In this document: positions 61,331 through 64,000 of the stretch, piece after piece
Numbering within the stretch: the first letter of the stretch is position 1
Layout: every line of letters starts with the position of its first letter
DNA from: Octopus vulgaris
Lineage: Eukaryota
Assembly (NCBI GenBank): GCA_951406725.2
Contig: OX597819.1
Location: forward strand, 13,578,001 to 13,642,000
Direction: 5' to 3'
Length of the DNA stretch: 64,000 nt
Position numbers and translations under genes: made by a program
The notes under the pieces: generated by a model
The model's input: only the letters and a program-made list of their open reading frames with translations
What the model was told of the DNA's origin: nothing
The model's database searches: none

Positions 61331-62081
61331 AAAGGTAGAAATTTTGGAGACGACCCCCTTTCATGTACATATTTTCCTCTTGACAGCTGATCCTTGTTCA
61401 AAGTTTCTTTCTGACTTGCAACGCTTGCAAAAATGATCTCTGCTGCCGTTTTTGTTGTTGATTGTCGTTTTCCTATTCTGAGTGAAGCACGTTTGGTCAT
61501 AGATCGGTTCGATCGAGGTTGACACAGACAACTACCCACCAAAACCACCAGCACAACCATCACCATCACCACAACAATAACAACAGCAGTAACAACAGCA
61601 ACAACAACACCAAACTTCAAGCAAATTCTTCACAGTAAATTACAGTCCCAATTTCCAATGAGACTGTCTGAATCATTAAAATTTAAATTTCTAGAAGTCA
61701 GCAACACAGATTTGATTGAAGATTGTAACAAAATATGAAAGGAAAACTCATCGATTGGTTTTCCTCTACTCTATCTGCACTTTGACTGCAATCAATATAT
61801 TATCTGCTGAAAGTGGTGTGTTATGACACGTTGCTAGTTCTAGTTTGACCCTCTGTCTACTACCACTACCACCACCACCACCATCATCATTTGTCTTACA
61901 CATACACACACACATATACACATACACACACATACATATCTACATATATTTATATATATATATATGTGTTACGTTTATATATTTGTTTTTTTTTTCAAGA
62001 TTTTTGATGTGAAATCGTGTGTTGAAACAGATATTGATATTGATTTTATTGGCTAAACTGGTAACATGACCATCCGTAAAT

Positions 62082-62142
<61 letters not shown>

Positions 62143-62143
<1 letters not shown>

Positions 62144-62542
62144 TCTTTTACTCTTTTACTTGTTTCAGTCATTTTGACTGTGGCCATGCTGGAGCACCGC
62201 CTTTAGTCGACCAAATCGACCTCAGGACTTATTCTTTGTATGCCTGGTACTTATTCTATCGGCCTCTTTTGCCGAACCACTAAGTTTCGGGGACGTAAAC
62301 ACACCAGCATCGGTTGTCAAGCAATGCTAGGGGAACAAACACAGACACACAAACATACACGCACACATATATACATATATACGACGGGCTTCTTTCAGTT
62401 TCCATCTACCAAATCCATTCACCAGGCTTTGGTCGGCCCGAGGCTATAGTAGAAGACACTTGCCCAAGGTGCCACGCAGTGGGACTGAACCCGGAACCAT
62501 GTGGTTGGTAAACAAGCTACTTACCACACAGCCACTCCTACG

Positions 62543-62546
<4 letters not shown>
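62143..62546 (-). mobile_element. SINE family A
   Basis: Full-length reverse complement. Confidence 0.9.
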
Positions 62547-62599
<53 letters not shown>

Positions 62600-62630
62600 C
62601 GATCCTGTCTGTAAAACTGAAACACAGATA

Positions 62631-63650
<1,020 letters not shown>

Positions 63651-63859
63651 GAAGGAACTCGATCCATCGTCAGAAGAAGAATGTTTAGAATGGTCTGGAA
63701 AATAGAATGCCTGAAGAGAGAGAGAGAGGGGGGAGAGGAGGGAGAGAGAGGGAGAGAGAGAAGGGGGAGAGAGGGAGAGAGAGAGAGGGGGAGGTATAGC
63801 AACGGTCGAAATGGAGAGCGGAAGGTGACTGAGATAGAGATAGAATCTGTAGTGTTATT

Positions 63860-64000
63860 CTTTTATTTGCTTCAGTCATTTGACTGCGGCCATGCCGGAG
63901 CACCACCTTTAGTCGAACAAATCGACCCCAGGCCTTATTCTGCGTTAGCCTAGTACCTATTCTATCGGTTTCTTTTTTGCCGAACCGCTAAGTTACGGAG
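63860..64000 (-). mobile_element. SINE family A 3' part, runs off the window
   Basis: Tail complement. Confidence 0.85.

Overview
Repeat-dominated, AT-rich eukaryotic genomic DNA, not prokaryotic. The tRNA-derived SINE families and the microsatellite load look like an octopus (coleoid cephalopod) genome; this is recognition of repeat sequence, not a database result. Almost all ORFs in the supplied track are translations of microsatellites or repeats. Supportable content: (1) three small + strand exons (2289-2325, 10275-10325, 14936-15028) that splice into the C-terminus of an unidentified protein, plus two weaker - strand exon candidates near 57.4 and 60.3 kb; (2) three tRNA-headed SINE families, and RTE, CR1/L2-group, Dong/R4 and Penelope-like retroelement relics; (3) four mariner copies, an Academ-like relic, Helitron-like elements and MITEs; (4) 48-bp and 74-bp tandem arrays and several near-perfect long inverted repeats. 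The main signal is about ten minimal type-I hammerhead-ribozyme folds in short Penelope-type repeats. Their core 3-8 pair occurs as C-G, U-A, G-C and U.G, and one family has an A6U core. Several lie in fold-back insertions and one adjoins a tRNA-like Pol III head. All folds and translations were done by eye and repeat boundaries are approximate. No rRNA, bona fide tRNA gene or CRISPR array was found.
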